A stretch of 64,000 bases of DNA from Clostridia bacterium (GCA_017462035.1 JAFTRY010000030.1:874-64873), one strand, 5' to 3'. Positions 20,400 through 30,925 are shown, counted from the stretch's first letter. The notes: generated from the letters alone by a model not told the origin. Program-made: numbers and translations.

Positions 20400-21299
20400 A
20401 TGGAAACGAAACTGAAAGAACTGGGACAGAAGGTACTGGAAAATGCCGCACGTACAGAGGAGGTACTGGCTGCTACCTTCGAAGAGAAAGACGAGGACCT
20501 GCAAAAGCTGTTTGACGCGGAGGCGTATTCTCTGCTGGGAGGCGGAAAGCGGATCCGTACCTTCCTCGTGAACGAGTTTTGCCGTTCCCTGGGCGGGGAT
20601 TTGGATGCCTCCATGCCATATGCCTGTGCCTTGGAAATGATTCATACCTATTCATTGATTCACGATGATCTTCCCTGCATGGATGATGACGATATCCGTC
20701 GGGGAAAGCCGGCAAACCATAAACAGTTCGGTTACGCCACCGCACTTCTGGCGGGAGACGCTCTTCTGACGAAAGCCTTTTTGGTTGCCGCTACCAATCC
20801 GCACGCAACCGCCGAGCAAAATGCCGAGGCGGTGCGCCTGTTGGCATCGGCGGCAGGGGACCGTGGGATGATCGGAGGTCAGATCATGGATCTGCACGGC
20901 GAGACCGAGCAGCTTAGCTTTGAGCAGCTGATCCGTCTTCACTCCATGAAAACGGCGGCGTTGATGGAATGTTCCGCCTTGCTTGGCTGCCTGGCGGCAG
21001 GTTACTCTGTGGATACACCGGAGGCAAAGGCGGCAAGGGAGTACGCGAAGAAGGTAGGAATTACCTATCAAGTCATCGATGATATTTTGGATGAAAGCGG
21101 AGAAGAGGATACCATCGGAAAGAATCTGAAAACCGATTCCTCACACAATAAGACAACCTTTATGACCTACTTTAACGCGGAGGATGCCAAGAAATATGCG
21201 CAAAACCTCACGGCGGAAGCGGTGTCAGCATTGTCCGATTGGGAAACCTCCGCGACGCTGACCGATCTTGCGGCATACTTGGTGGATCGCACCTATTGA
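20400..21299 (+). CDS. ispA: Polyprenyl (farnesyl/geranylgeranyl) diphosphate synthase
   Basis: GGKRIR, SLIHDDLPCMDDDDIRRGKP and QVIDDILD motifs. Confidence 0.95.
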   Translation: METKLKELGQKVLENAARTEEVLAATFEEKDEDLQKLFDAEAYSLLGGGKRIRTFLVNEFCRSLGGDLDASMPYACALEMIHTYSLIHDDLPCMDDDDIRRGKPANHKQFGYATALLAGDALLTKAFLVAATNPHATAEQNAEAVRLLASAAGDRGMIGGQIMDLHGETEQLSFEQLIRLHSMKTAALMECSALLGCLAAGYSVDTPEAKAAREYAKKVGITYQVIDDILDESGEEDTIGKNLKTDSSHNKTTFMTYFNAEDAKKYAQNLTAEAVSALSDWETSATLTDLAAYLVDRTY

Positions 21300-21345
21300 C
21301 GGAAAATAAAAAGGACAATACAAAAAAAGAAAACGGAAAAGAAAA

Positions 21346-21810
21346 GTGGAACAAGTAAAAGCGTTTTTTGGAAATTACTTATTGATCAGCGCAGTTTTGG
21401 GCTGGCTGATCGCCCAGTTTATGAAGATTTTTACGGGAGCCTTCAGCGGAAAGGGATTTAATATATTGCATATGTTTTCCAACGGTGGAATGCCAAGCTC
21501 CCACTCCTCTACGGTCTTGGCACTGACCACCGCCTCTGCGGTGCAGTATGGCGTGGGTTCAGCGGCGTTTGCCATTTCCGCCATCCTGTCTATGATCGTT
21601 ATGAATGATGCCTTTGGTGTTCGATATGAGACGGGAGAGCAGGCAAAGATTCTCAACCGTATCACGAAAGAACTGTTTTCGGGGAAGACCGAGGATATCA
21701 ACACAGGCTTGAAGGAGCTGGTGGGACACACTCCCTTCCAGGTTCTTGTGGGAGCATTGGTGGGAATTGTTACCGCCCTGCTGTACGGGTGGGTCCTGGG
21801 TGTCTTATGA
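21346..21810 (+). CDS. Divergent PAP2 family protein (DUF212/YuiD-like)
   Basis: GGMPSSHS, DAFGVR and LKELVGHTP motifs. Confidence 0.9.
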   Translation: MEQVKAFFGNYLLISAVLGWLIAQFMKIFTGAFSGKGFNILHMFSNGGMPSSHSSTVLALTTASAVQYGVGSAAFAISAILSMIVMNDAFGVRYETGEQAKILNRITKELFSGKTEDINTGLKELVGHTPFQVLVGALVGIVTALLYGWVLGVL

Positions 21811-22589
21811 GAGCCGACGTGTATTTGACCGCGTTCGGACATACGGCAAGCCGGAAGAAAGCACAGGATCTCATTGACGCGGAGGCGGTTCGGATTGACG
21901 GAGTAACGGTAAAAAAATCCTCCCTCCCCGTAAATGAGAATATTCCCCACCGGGTGGAGATCGAGCCTGTTTTCAAATACGTGAGTCGGGGCGGCATGAA
22001 ACTGGAAGCGGCTCTGGACGCGTTTCGCGTCACAACCAATCGCAAGAAGGCGGTAGATGTGGGTGCCTCCACCGGTGGCTTTACTGATTGCTTGCTCAAG
22101 CGGGGAGCCGCCAGGGTGATCTCGGTAGATTCGGGGATTGGACAGTTGCACGAGTCTCTTCTCAGCGATCCCAGGGTCAAATCGGTGGAGCACTTTAATG
22201 CCCGTATGTTAACCCCCGAGATCACAGAGGGACTCTGTGACCTTGCCGTGACGGACGTTTCTTTTATTTCCCAAACCTACCTGATTCCCAATATCGCCTC
22301 GGTTCTGAAGGACGGAGGCGAATTTATCAGCTTGATCAAGCCCCAGTTTGAGGCGGGGAAAAACGCCTTGGGGAAAAACGGGGTGGTGCATAACGGTGCT
22401 TACCGTTACTTGGCGGTAAAACGGGTGCTGGAGTGCGCCCTGTCAGAGGGCTTTGACTGTCTGGGGCTGATCCGTTCCCCTATTGAGGGAGGAGACGGAA
22501 ATAAAGAATATTTGGCTTATTTTGTCAAACGGTTTTGTCCGATGCTTCGGATAGATGATCAAAGCCTTCGCCGCTTGACGGCACAGTAA
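21807..22589 (+). CDS. tlyA: TlyA-family rRNA methyltransferase
   Basis: S4 domain, YVSRGGMKL, DVGASTGGFTDCLL, DVSFIS and LIKPQFEAG motifs. Confidence 0.95.
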   Translation: MRADVYLTAFGHTASRKKAQDLIDAEAVRIDGVTVKKSSLPVNENIPHRVEIEPVFKYVSRGGMKLEAALDAFRVTTNRKKAVDVGASTGGFTDCLLKRGAARVISVDSGIGQLHESLLSDPRVKSVEHFNARMLTPEITEGLCDLAVTDVSFISQTYLIPNIASVLKDGGEFISLIKPQFEAGKNALGKNGVVHNGAYRYLAVKRVLECALSEGFDCLGLIRSPIEGGDGNKEYLAYFVKRFCPMLRIDDQSLRRLTAQ

Positions 22590-22614
22590 CCGACGAAAAC
22601 GAAGAAAGGCGGAA

Positions 22615-23490
22615 TTGCCCTTGAAAACGGTAGCGCTTATTACAAATTTTAATATTTCGGAGAAGCTTTCCGCGGCAATGCGGGTTGCGGAACGGCTGGT
22701 TCAGAGGGTGGATACGGTATTGATCCCGGCAACCTATAAGGAGCGGATCTTCCGTAACCAGAGCCATCGGAAGGAATTTTCCTACGTGTCCCCCGATAGC
22801 ATCTATCGGGATGCCGAGCTTGTGGTGGTTTTAGGAGGGGACGGAGCGATGCTGGATGCGGCAAGGCGAGCGGCTCCGGCGGGGATCCCCATTCTCGGAA
22901 TCAATATGGGACGGGTGGGATACATGACCGAGCTGGAGATGGATGAGCTCTCCTTGCTGGATCGGGTGTTCGACGGTGCCTATACCATCGATGAACGTAC
23001 GCTTTTGCAAGCCGAGGTTCGCTCGGTAAGAGGACAGAGCAAATTCTCCTCCTACGCGTTGAACGAGGCGGCGATCACCAACGGAACAGCGGCGAGGATC
23101 GTGGACCTTCAGCTCTCCGACGGAGAAGAATTGATCTATACTTACCGCGCCGACGGTTTGGTCATCGCTACTCCCACAGGCTCAACCGCCTATTCGCTGT
23201 CGGCGGGAGGTCCCATTGTGGATCCCAAGCTTTCCTGCTTCTGTGTTACTCCCATTTGCTCTCATTCACTGCTGGCAAGACCCCTGGTCTTTCCCGATAC
23301 AGCGGAATTAAGAATCAAAAACATCTGCAATCGGGAGAAGGTGCTTCATCTGACCATGGACGGAAGAACGACAGTAGACCTTTACTTTGGAGATACAGTG
23401 TATATCACTCGTTCGGATATGAAAATAAAATTGCTTCGCGTCAAGGAAGAAAGCTTTTACTCGAAAATTCGAATGAAAAAATTCATGTGA
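22615..23490 (+). CDS. nadK: NAD kinase
   Basis: LGGDGAML, ALNE and DGLVIATPTGSTAYSLSAGGP motifs. Confidence 0.96.
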   Translation: MPLKTVALITNFNISEKLSAAMRVAERLVQRVDTVLIPATYKERIFRNQSHRKEFSYVSPDSIYRDAELVVVLGGDGAMLDAARRAAPAGIPILGINMGRVGYMTELEMDELSLLDRVFDGAYTIDERTLLQAEVRSVRGQSKFSSYALNEAAITNGTAARIVDLQLSDGEELIYTYRADGLVIATPTGSTAYSLSAGGPIVDPKLSCFCVTPICSHSLLARPLVFPDTAELRIKNICNREKVLHLTMDGRTTVDLYFGDTVYITRSDMKIKLLRVKEESFYSKIRMKKFM

Positions 23491-23520
23491 GAATCAAACC
23501 GAAGGAATAGGAAGAAAAAT

Positions 23521-23976
23521 ATGAAATCGGAAAGACAAAACAGGATCCTGGAGCTGGTTGCCAAATATGAGATCGAGACCCAGGAGGAAATGATGGAGCG
23601 CTTGCGTGCAGAGGGATATATGGTTACCCAGGCAACGGTATCCCGAGATCTGAAGGAATTGAAGCTGACCAAGGCACTGACTGCCCGAGGAAATTATCGG
23701 TACTGTATCAATCCCGGGCGAACCAATACAGGGAATGTGAAGCTGAATAGCGTAATGGTGGACTCCATTACCATGGTAGATTACTCCATGAATAATGTGG
23801 TGATCAAGACCTATCCCGGTATGGCTCAGGCGGTGGCATCGGCAGTAGATTCTCTCAATATGCATAACATTCTGGGATGCGTAGCGGGGGACGATACCAT
23901 TATCCTGGTAACCAGAGGAGAGGAATGTTCCGCGGAGATCAGCGAAAAGATTCGTGAATTGATGAAGACCTTCTGA
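23521..23976 (+). CDS. argR: Arginine repressor
   Basis: TQATVSRDLKEL and GCVAGDDTI motifs. Confidence 0.96.
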   Translation: MKSERQNRILELVAKYEIETQEEMMERLRAEGYMVTQATVSRDLKELKLTKALTARGNYRYCINPGRTNTGNVKLNSVMVDSITMVDYSMNNVVIKTYPGMAQAVASAVDSLNMHNILGCVAGDDTIILVTRGEECSAEISEKIRELMKTF

Positions 23977-24014
23977 TAAAGAGGAAAATAATCGGTAAGA
24001 GAGAGGGAGCCGGA

Positions 24015-25691
24015 ATGATTGAAGCGTTGCATATTGAAAATATCGCGGTGATAAAGCGGCTGGACGTGGATTTCTGTCCGGGAATGACGGTGCTTTCCGG
24101 CGAAACCGGAGCGGGTAAATCTATCATCATTGATAGCTTGAACCTGCTGTTGGGCGGACGGGCAGATCGAGAGCTGATCCGAATGGGCGAGGATCGCTGC
24201 GAGGTGTCCGCCATGTTCGGCGGATTGTCGGAGCGTACGGTCTCCCTGCTTGGTGAGTTGGGCTTTTCTGCGGAAGAGGGAAGCTTGATGCTTTCCCGTA
24301 CCGTGACCAGAAGCAGCTCCTCGGCACGCTTGAACGGACGCGCGATTCCCTTGTCGGTGCTCCGTGAGATTGCGGGAACACTCTTCAATATCCACGGGCA
24401 AAACGATAATCAGCAATTGCTGGATCCGGGAAAGCACGTAGAGCTGTTGGATGCCTACGGAGGCTGTGGAGAACTGCAAAAGGAATACTATGAGGTCTAT
24501 AAAGAGATCCTTCATTGTCGCGCGGAGATCGACTCCTTGCGAAGGGATGCCCGAGAGCGAACGCGCATGGAAGAATCCCTGCGCTATCAATTGGCAGAGA
24601 TCGACGGTGTCAAGCTGAAAAAAGGAGAAGAGGAGGCACTTACCGAGCTGACTAAGAGGCTTCAAAGTCTGGAACGAATCCAGCAGTGTGTGGCACTGGT
24701 GGAAAAGGCACTGCAGGGCGGAGAAAAGGGAAGAGGAGCAATCTACCTTTCTGACCGAGCCGCCGCGGCAATGGAGACGGTTTCCGACGCTCTGCCCGAG
24801 GCGGAGGAGCTGGCAAGCCGTCTGTATGACGTTCGGTATGAGCTGGAGGATATTGCCTCATCGGTGTCCGAGCTTGCGGATTTTGACGGTGAGGATGCCC
24901 TGGCAAAACTGGATCGCGCGGAGGCGCGTCTGGATGCCATAACAAAACTGAAACGAAAATACGGAAATACGGTGGAGGAGATTCTGGCGTATCGGGAAAA
25001 GATTGCCGCGGAGCTCCTAACTATTGAAAACGCCGATGACCGGATCGAAGATCTGACTGAAAAGCTGAAACGGACAGAAGCCGAGGCAAAACGGCTTTCC
25101 GATTCTCTCAGCCACTTCCGCCGAAGAGCGGCAAAGGGCTTAACGGGAGCGGTGACCGAAAATTTGACCTTTTTGGATATGCCAAAGGTTCGGTTTGAGG
25201 TGGAGATGAAGCCTACCGACGACTTCTGCGCCACAGGACGGGATCGAGTGGAATTTTTGATCTCCACCAATCCCGGAGATCCCCTGTTGCCCTTGGCGAA
25301 AATTGCCTCCGGCGGAGAATTGGCGAGAATCATGCTGTCCTTGAAAAATATACTCAATACCTGCGACGGCGTTCATTCCGTGATTTTTGACGAGATCGAC
25401 ACGGGTATTTCCGGAAAGACCTCCCGAAAGGTTGGAATGAAGCTGAAAGAGATCGGTAGAGACACCCAGGTGCTTTGCGTGACTCACTCGGCGCAGATCG
25501 CCTCTCTGGCACACCACCACCTGTATATTTCCAAGCAGGAGGTTGACGGACGGGTGCAGACCTCCCTCAGAGAGCTTGACGAAGAGGGAAGAGTGGAGGA
25601 GATCGCGCGGATCCTGGGCGGAATAGAAATTACGGAGGCACAGCGTCGGGCGGCACGGGAAATGATCGCCGAAGGAGAACAGTACGGATGA
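24015..25691 (+). CDS. recN: DNA repair protein RecN
   Basis: GETGAGKS, ASGGELARIML, IFDEIDTGISG and VTHSAQIA motifs. Confidence 0.97.
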   Translation: MIEALHIENIAVIKRLDVDFCPGMTVLSGETGAGKSIIIDSLNLLLGGRADRELIRMGEDRCEVSAMFGGLSERTVSLLGELGFSAEEGSLMLSRTVTRSSSSARLNGRAIPLSVLREIAGTLFNIHGQNDNQQLLDPGKHVELLDAYGGCGELQKEYYEVYKEILHCRAEIDSLRRDARERTRMEESLRYQLAEIDGVKLKKGEEEALTELTKRLQSLERIQQCVALVEKALQGGEKGRGAIYLSDRAAAAMETVSDALPEAEELASRLYDVRYELEDIASSVSELADFDGEDALAKLDRAEARLDAITKLKRKYGNTVEEILAYREKIAAELLTIENADDRIEDLTEKLKRTEAEAKRLSDSLSHFRRRAAKGLTGAVTENLTFLDMPKVRFEVEMKPTDDFCATGRDRVEFLISTNPGDPLLPLAKIASGGELARIMLSLKNILNTCDGVHSVIFDEIDTGISGKTSRKVGMKLKEIGRDTQVLCVTHSAQIASLAHHHLYISKQEVDGRVQTSLRELDEEGRVEEIARILGGIEITEAQRRAAREMIAEGEQYG

Positions 25692-26158
25692 CGAAAACCA
25701 ATGCTATGCGCCGCTTGGACGCGGCGAAGATCCCATATACCCCCTGTACCTATGAGGTGAATGAAAACGATTTGTCCGGTGTCCACATCGCCGATCAGAT
25801 CGGAATTCCCTATGAGCAGTGCTTCAAGACCATCGTGACCCGAGGGGATAAAACAGGGTATTTGGTTTTCTGTATCCCTTGCCACCGTGAGATCGACTTG
25901 AAGCGAGCGGCGGCGGTAACGGGAAATAAAAAGGTGGAGCCGGTTCATGTTAAGGAGTTGCTGGGACTCACCGGCTATATCCGCGGGGGGTGCTCTCCCA
26001 TTGGAATGAAAAAAAGCTTTCCCACCTATTTTGACCGAAGCGCGGAGGATCAGAAGACCATTACGGTCAGCGCGGGGATTCGGGGAATTCAGCTTTTGGT
26101 AGACCGAGAGAGCCTGTTGGGCTATTTAAATGCCCACACTGCCGAGCTAACAGTATAA
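25688..26158 (+). CDS. ybaK: Cys-tRNA(Pro) deacylase YbaK/EbsC
   Basis: KTNAMRRLD, FKTIV, TGYIRGGCSPIGMKK and SAG motifs. Confidence 0.93.
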   Translation: MTKTNAMRRLDAAKIPYTPCTYEVNENDLSGVHIADQIGIPYEQCFKTIVTRGDKTGYLVFCIPCHREIDLKRAAAVTGNKKVEPVHVKELLGLTGYIRGGCSPIGMKKSFPTYFDRSAEDQKTITVSAGIRGIQLLVDRESLLGYLNAHTAELTV

Positions 26159-26205
26159 AAAACTGCTTGAAAACATGAAAAAAACGTACTTTTTCCCGGA
26201 ATCCC

Positions 26206-26234
26206 TTGAAAAAGAAGGGGAAAAGGTGTATAAT
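26206..26234 (+). promoter_or_regulatory. sigma-A promoter for argS
   Basis: TTGAAA-17 nt-TATAAT. Confidence 0.7.
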
Positions 26235-26285
26235 AAAAAAGTTATTGTAAAAAATCAAGAGTCGGAGATCCGACAGAGGTGAACT

Positions 26286-28022
26286 ATGCTTGAAATTAAA
26301 AAGATCATTGGACAAGCCGTGGCTGAGGTAGTGAGCGCAATCAAGCCCGATGCGGGATTGGACGCGAAAACCGTGGAATCCATGCTGGAGTATCCGCCGG
26401 ACGCTAAAATGGGTGACCTGGCGCTCCCTTGCTTTAAGCTGAGTAAGCTGTTGCGAAGCGCACCCGTAAAGATCGCTTCGGAGCTTTCGGCAAAGCTGAC
26501 GCTGGATGTGGTATCCCGCGTGGAAGCAGTGAACGGATACTTGAATATTTTTCTCAACGGATCTGAGCTGGCGGAGCGAGTCATCCCCCAAGTGATTTCC
26601 AAGGGGAGCCGCTACGGTGCCCCTGATCTTGGAGAGGGAAAGACGGTAGTGCTGGATTACTCCTCCCCCAACCTGGCAAAGCCCTTTCATATCGGACACC
26701 TGGGAACCACGGTCATCGGACACTCTCTCAAAAAGCTTCATGAGTTTGCCGGCTACCGTTGCGTGGGAATTAACTACGTTGGCGACTGGGGAACTCAGTT
26801 TGGCAAGCTGATCGTGGCGTATAAAAAGTGGGGAGATCGGGAAACGGTGGAACAGGGCGGCGTGGACGCTCTGGTGGATCTGTATGTTCGCATCAACAAT
26901 GCCATTTCGGGAAACGAAGAAAAAGGAATTCCTGCCGATCCTGCCCTTGCGGATGAGGCAAGAGCCGAGTTCTTGAAAATGGAACAGGGAGACAAAGAAA
27001 ATCTGACACTGTGGAAGTGGTTGGTGGAGATGTCCTTGAAGGCAAACGAGGAGATTTACCGTCAGCTGGGAATTACCTTTGATAGCTACCGAGGCGAGTC
27101 CTATTATACCGATAAAATGCCGGCGCAGGTTCAGAAGCTGCGGGATACCAACCTGTTGAAGCTGGACGACGGCGCGTCTATCGTCGACCTGGAAGCGTAT
27201 GGCATGCCTCCCTGCCTGATTTTGAAGCGAGACGGCTCTTCTCTCTACCCCACCCGTGATATTGCGGCGGCGGTAGACAGAAAGGAGACCTACGGCTTCG
27301 ATAAAGCCATCTATGTGACCAGCGCGGGACAGAGCCTGCATTTTGCCCAGTGGTTCAAGGTGGTAGAGCTGATGGGCTACGATTGGGCGGACCAGCTGGT
27401 TCACGTTCCCTATGGAACCGTTAGTATTAACGGCGCGAAGCTGGCAACCCGTACGGGTAACGTGATTCTGCTGCGGGATCTGTTTGGATTGGCTATTGAT
27501 AAGGTAGCCGCCATTATGGAGGAAAAGAACCCCGAGCTTGCGGATAAAGACAAGATTGCCGAGGCGGTTGGCGTGGGTGCCATTGTGTTCTACTACCTCT
27601 CCAATAACCGAATTCGGGATATTAACTTCATTATGGAGGATGCCCTCAGCTTCGACGGAAATACCGGACCCTATGTGCAGTATACCTATGCCCGTACCTG
27701 TTCGGTGCTGGCGAAGTCGGGAAGCTATGACCGAAAGGGTGCCCTTTCCGTTACCGCACAGGAGGAGGTAGACCTGATCAAAACGATTTCCCGCTTTGAG
27801 GAGACCGTCCTGGAGGCAATCGATTCCTACGAACCCTCGGTCATTACCCGCTACATCCTGGATTTGGCAGGCGTGTATAATCGCTTCTACCATAACTGCT
27901 CCATCCTGGGAGCCGAGAACGAGGCTGTGAAGCAGACCCGTCTCATTCTTACCGATGCGGCAAAGACCGTCCTTGGTAACGCTTTCGATCTGATCTGCCT
28001 GGCAAAGACGGAAAAGATCTGA
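26286..28022 (+). CDS. argS: Arginyl-tRNA synthetase
   Basis: DYSSPNLAKPFHIGH, GDWGTQFG and GNTGPYVQYTYAR motifs. Confidence 0.97.
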   Translation: MLEIKKIIGQAVAEVVSAIKPDAGLDAKTVESMLEYPPDAKMGDLALPCFKLSKLLRSAPVKIASELSAKLTLDVVSRVEAVNGYLNIFLNGSELAERVIPQVISKGSRYGAPDLGEGKTVVLDYSSPNLAKPFHIGHLGTTVIGHSLKKLHEFAGYRCVGINYVGDWGTQFGKLIVAYKKWGDRETVEQGGVDALVDLYVRINNAISGNEEKGIPADPALADEARAEFLKMEQGDKENLTLWKWLVEMSLKANEEIYRQLGITFDSYRGESYYTDKMPAQVQKLRDTNLLKLDDGASIVDLEAYGMPPCLILKRDGSSLYPTRDIAAAVDRKETYGFDKAIYVTSAGQSLHFAQWFKVVELMGYDWADQLVHVPYGTVSINGAKLATRTGNVILLRDLFGLAIDKVAAIMEEKNPELADKDKIAEAVGVGAIVFYYLSNNRIRDINFIMEDALSFDGNTGPYVQYTYARTCSVLAKSGSYDRKGALSVTAQEEVDLIKTISRFEETVLEAIDSYEPSVITRYILDLAGVYNRFYHNCSILGAENEAVKQTRLILTDAAKTVLGNAFDLICLAKTEKI

Positions 28023-28063
28023 CAGAGAAAATGAATTTTATTTGAGAATAAAGAGGTAATAAC

Positions 28064-28795
28064 ATGTCCGGACATAGTAAATGGGCGAATATCAAGCACA
28101 AAAAAGAAAAAACCGACGCGCAGAGAGCCAAAATTTTCACCAAGATCGGGAAGGAGCTGACCATCGCGGTCAAGGAGGGCGGCGGAGATCCCGCCTCCAA
28201 TTCCAAGCTTCGTGACCTGATTTTGAAGGCAAAATCCAATAACGTACCCAATGAAAATATCGAGCGTACCATAAAAAAGGCGCTGGGGAGCACCTCCGAG
28301 ACCTACGAGGAGATCGTGTATGAGGGCTACGGACCGGCGGGCATCGCCGTGATCGTGGAGACCACAACCGATAACCGAAACCGCACAGCCGGAAACGTCC
28401 GCGCTTACTTCGCAAAGTATCACGGCAATATGGGACAGACGGGTTGCGTTAGCTACCTGTTTGAGGATAAGGGCGTGATCGTGGTCAATAATGAGGACGG
28501 CGACGTAGACGAGGATAAGCTTATGGAAACGGCGCTGGAGGCAGGCGCGGAGGACTTTGCCGCTGAGGGAGAGGTCTTCGAGATCTACACCGTTCCGGAT
28601 GATCTCTTCGCCATTCAGGAGGCACTCAAGGAGGCGGGATATGAAATTCTTTCCGCCGAAAAGAGTAAGATTCCTTCCAATTACGTCACGCTGGAGAGCG
28701 AAGAAGACCTCAAGTTCATGGGGCTCCTCATTGAAAAATTGGAAGACGACGATGACGTGATCAACGTGTACCATAACTGGGAAAACTGCGACTAA
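28064..28795 (+). CDS. YebC/PmpR-family protein
   Basis: MSGHSKWANIKHKK, YEGYGPAG and TDNRNRT motifs. Confidence 0.96.
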   Translation: MSGHSKWANIKHKKEKTDAQRAKIFTKIGKELTIAVKEGGGDPASNSKLRDLILKAKSNNVPNENIERTIKKALGSTSETYEEIVYEGYGPAGIAVIVETTTDNRNRTAGNVRAYFAKYHGNMGQTGCVSYLFEDKGVIVVNNEDGDVDEDKLMETALEAGAEDFAAEGEVFEIYTVPDDLFAIQEALKEAGYEILSAEKSKIPSNYVTLESEEDLKFMGLLIEKLEDDDDVINVYHNWENCD

Positions 28796-30235
28796 ATGAT
28801 GGGAAAATACAAGCGGTTGATGTCGAATACGGCAATTTTAGGGGCGGGTACCTTTGCATCAAAGGTACTTGTCCTTCTGCTTATGCCGTTTTATACCGGC
28901 ATACTGTCCACAGCGGAGTTTGGCACAGCAGATTTGATCTCCCAAACAGCGAATCTGCTGATGCCCTTGGCGGCGGTGGGGATCTGCGACGGAATCTTCC
29001 GCTTTACGCTGGATGCCGCGGCAGACGGCGAAAGTAAGAAAAGGATCCTGTCCACCGGCATGGCGATTCTCCTTGCGGGAAGTGCCCTCCTGTGCGGCGT
29101 GATCCAGCTCCTTCGCCTCTTTGATCTGCTCAGCGGCTATCTGTTGCTCATCACACTCTACGTGATTGCGGCAAACCTTCACGCCGCGTTCGCGAATTAT
29201 ATCCGCGCCCTGGGAAAAACTACGCTTTTTGCTGTCCAGGGAATCGTGAATACCATGCTTACCGTTCTGCTCAACGTCCTGTTTCTCCTGGTCTTTGACA
29301 TGGGCAGTACAGGATACGTCCTGTCCGTGGTGATTGCGGACTTTACCATGGCAATCGTCCTATTCGTGGCGGCAAGACTCTACCGCGACCTGTCCTGGCG
29401 GCTGGCGGATAAGCAAACGGCACGGGATATGCTGAAATTCAGCGTTCCCTATATTCCCACCACGGTTTTGTGGCTCATTACTTCGGTGTCTGACCGCTAT
29501 GTGGTGGCGGCGTATTGCGGAGAGGCAACCAACGGCTTGTACGCCGCGGCATATAAATTGCCCACGCTCTTGACCCTTGTCAGCGGCGTGTTTGTGGAAG
29601 CATGGCACTTTTCCACGGTGAAGGATGCCGGGGAAGAGGAGAAAAGTAGCTTCTTCGGTACGGTGTACGTCAATTTCATGAGTGTCATGTTCATGGGTGC
29701 GTCGGTGCTGGTGGCAGGGGCAAAGATCTTCACAAGAATCCTGCTGTCCGACTCCTATTACGCCTCCTGGCAGTACGTTCCCATGCTCACCATGGCAATG
29801 GTCTTTTCCACCCTGGTGTCCTTCCTGGGAAGCGTCTACTTTCTGAAAAAGAAAAGTACGCTGTCCATGCTGACAGCCCTTGCGGGAGCCGTGATCAACG
29901 TGGTGCTTAACTTCGTCCTGATTCCCTCCCACGGTGCCATGGGCGCGGCGGTAGCAACCTTTATTAGCTACCTTGCGGTCTACGTGACCCGAGCCTACGA
30001 TACTGCGCATTACCTCTCTTTTCCCATGCGTCACCTGCGGGTCATTGTCAATGGGGGTGTCCTGTTGCTCCAAACGGCAGTGATGATACAGGCGGTGCGC
30101 CATTGGCGCTGGATCCAGCTGGCGATCCTTGTCTTTATGCTGGTCTTTAACGGAAAAGGGATCTTTCTTACGTTCTGGCACCTGGTACGGCGGGTCATCG
30201 GTCAAAAACGGGAAAAAAGGGAAGAAAAAGAATAA
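28796..30235 (+). CDS. Polysaccharide flippase (Wzx/MOP superfamily)
   Basis: About 12-14 hydrophobic segments; SDRYVV, GLYAAAYK and LNFVLIP..GAMGAAVAT motifs. Confidence 0.85.
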   Translation: MMGKYKRLMSNTAILGAGTFASKVLVLLLMPFYTGILSTAEFGTADLISQTANLLMPLAAVGICDGIFRFTLDAAADGESKKRILSTGMAILLAGSALLCGVIQLLRLFDLLSGYLLLITLYVIAANLHAAFANYIRALGKTTLFAVQGIVNTMLTVLLNVLFLLVFDMGSTGYVLSVVIADFTMAIVLFVAARLYRDLSWRLADKQTARDMLKFSVPYIPTTVLWLITSVSDRYVVAAYCGEATNGLYAAAYKLPTLLTLVSGVFVEAWHFSTVKDAGEEEKSSFFGTVYVNFMSVMFMGASVLVAGAKIFTRILLSDSYYASWQYVPMLTMAMVFSTLVSFLGSVYFLKKKSTLSMLTALAGAVINVVLNFVLIPSHGAMGAAVATFISYLAVYVTRAYDTAHYLSFPMRHLRVIVNGGVLLLQTAVMIQAVRHWRWIQLAILVFMLVFNGKGIFLTFWHLVRRVIGQKREKREEKE

Positions 30236-30262
30236 AAAATCGGAAAAACTTTCAAAAAAGGC

Positions 30263-30291
30263 TTGCAAAGCCGAAAAAAATGTGATATAAT
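30263..30291 (+). promoter_or_regulatory. sigma-A promoter for rplS
   Basis: TTGCAA-17 nt-TATAAT with extended -10 TG. Confidence 0.75.
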
Positions 30292-30326
30292 ATCATGCGT
30301 GTGTGTCGAAAGACATGAGAATAGAA

Positions 30327-30360
30327 GGGTAGTCCGCTGCGACGCTCTGCATGAATACCC
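30327..30360 (+). ncRNA. L19 ribosomal protein leader
   Basis: GGGTA-GTCCGCTGC...GCATGAA-TACCC hairpin with the TCCGCTG core, in the rplS 5' UTR; matched from recall of the Firmicutes L19 leader. Confidence 0.7.
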
Positions 30361-30383
30361 GGATCTTAAAGGAGGACTGACAA

Positions 30384-30725
30384 ATGAATTTGATTCAGGC
30401 TTTTACAAACGAGCAGTTGAAGACCGAAGTACCGGAAATCAACATTGGTGACACCATTCGTGTGCACAACAAGATCAAGGAAGGAACCCGTGAGAGAATC
30501 CAGATGTTCGAGGGAACCGTAATCGCGAAGCATGGCGGCGGAATTTCCGAGACCTTCACCGTAAGACGCGTGTCCTACGGCTGTGGAATTGAGAAGACCT
30601 TCCCGATCCACTCTCCCAACGTAGAACAGGTTGACATTATCCGCTCCGGTAAGGTTAGAAGAGCAAAGCTCTACTACCTGCGCGACAGAGTTGGTAAGGC
30701 ATCCAAGGTTAAAGAGAAGATCTAA
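30384..30725 (+). CDS. rplS: 50S ribosomal protein L19
   Basis: [16 protein letters not shown] and [12 protein letters not shown] motifs. Confidence 0.99.
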   Translation: MNLIQAFTNEQLKTEVPEINIGDTIRVHNKIKEGTRERIQMFEGTVIAKHGGGISETFTVRRVSYGCGIEKTFPIHSPNVEQVDIIRSGKVRRAKLYYLRDRVGKASKVKEKI

Positions 30726-30728
30726 CCC

Positions 30729-30772
30729 AAAATACAAGGCGAAAGCGAAACGCTTTCGCCTTGTATTTTTTT
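30729..30772 (+). terminator. rplS intrinsic terminator
   Basis: AAAATACAAGGCGAAAGCG-AAA-CGCTTTCGCCTTGTATTTT plus T run. Confidence 0.9.
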
Positions 30773-30845
30773 AAAGCGAGTGGTATTTCATTTTCGGGCA
30801 TAGCCCCCTTTGAGCCACGCCACTATTCGCATAGTTTTCTTTTAC

Positions 30846-30881
30846 AAAAAACATTGCCCGCCATCCGAGGATGGCGGGCAA
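30846..30881 (-). terminator. Terminator of the secreted-protein/peptide operon
   Basis: TTGCCCGCCATCC/GGATGGCGGGCAA perfect 13-bp arms followed by a T run on the minus strand. Confidence 0.85.
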
Positions 30882-30925
30882 GTCTTCTATTATGTCACAA
30901 GGTTACGCGGAAAATTCCTTTACTC

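Noticed and set aside
27438-27458. ArgRS KLATRTG in place of KMSKS
   Set aside because: This motif is known to be degenerate in arginyl-tRNA synthetases.
26067-27893. 608-aa ORF antisense to argS
   Set aside because: Antisense shadow of a well-supported gene.
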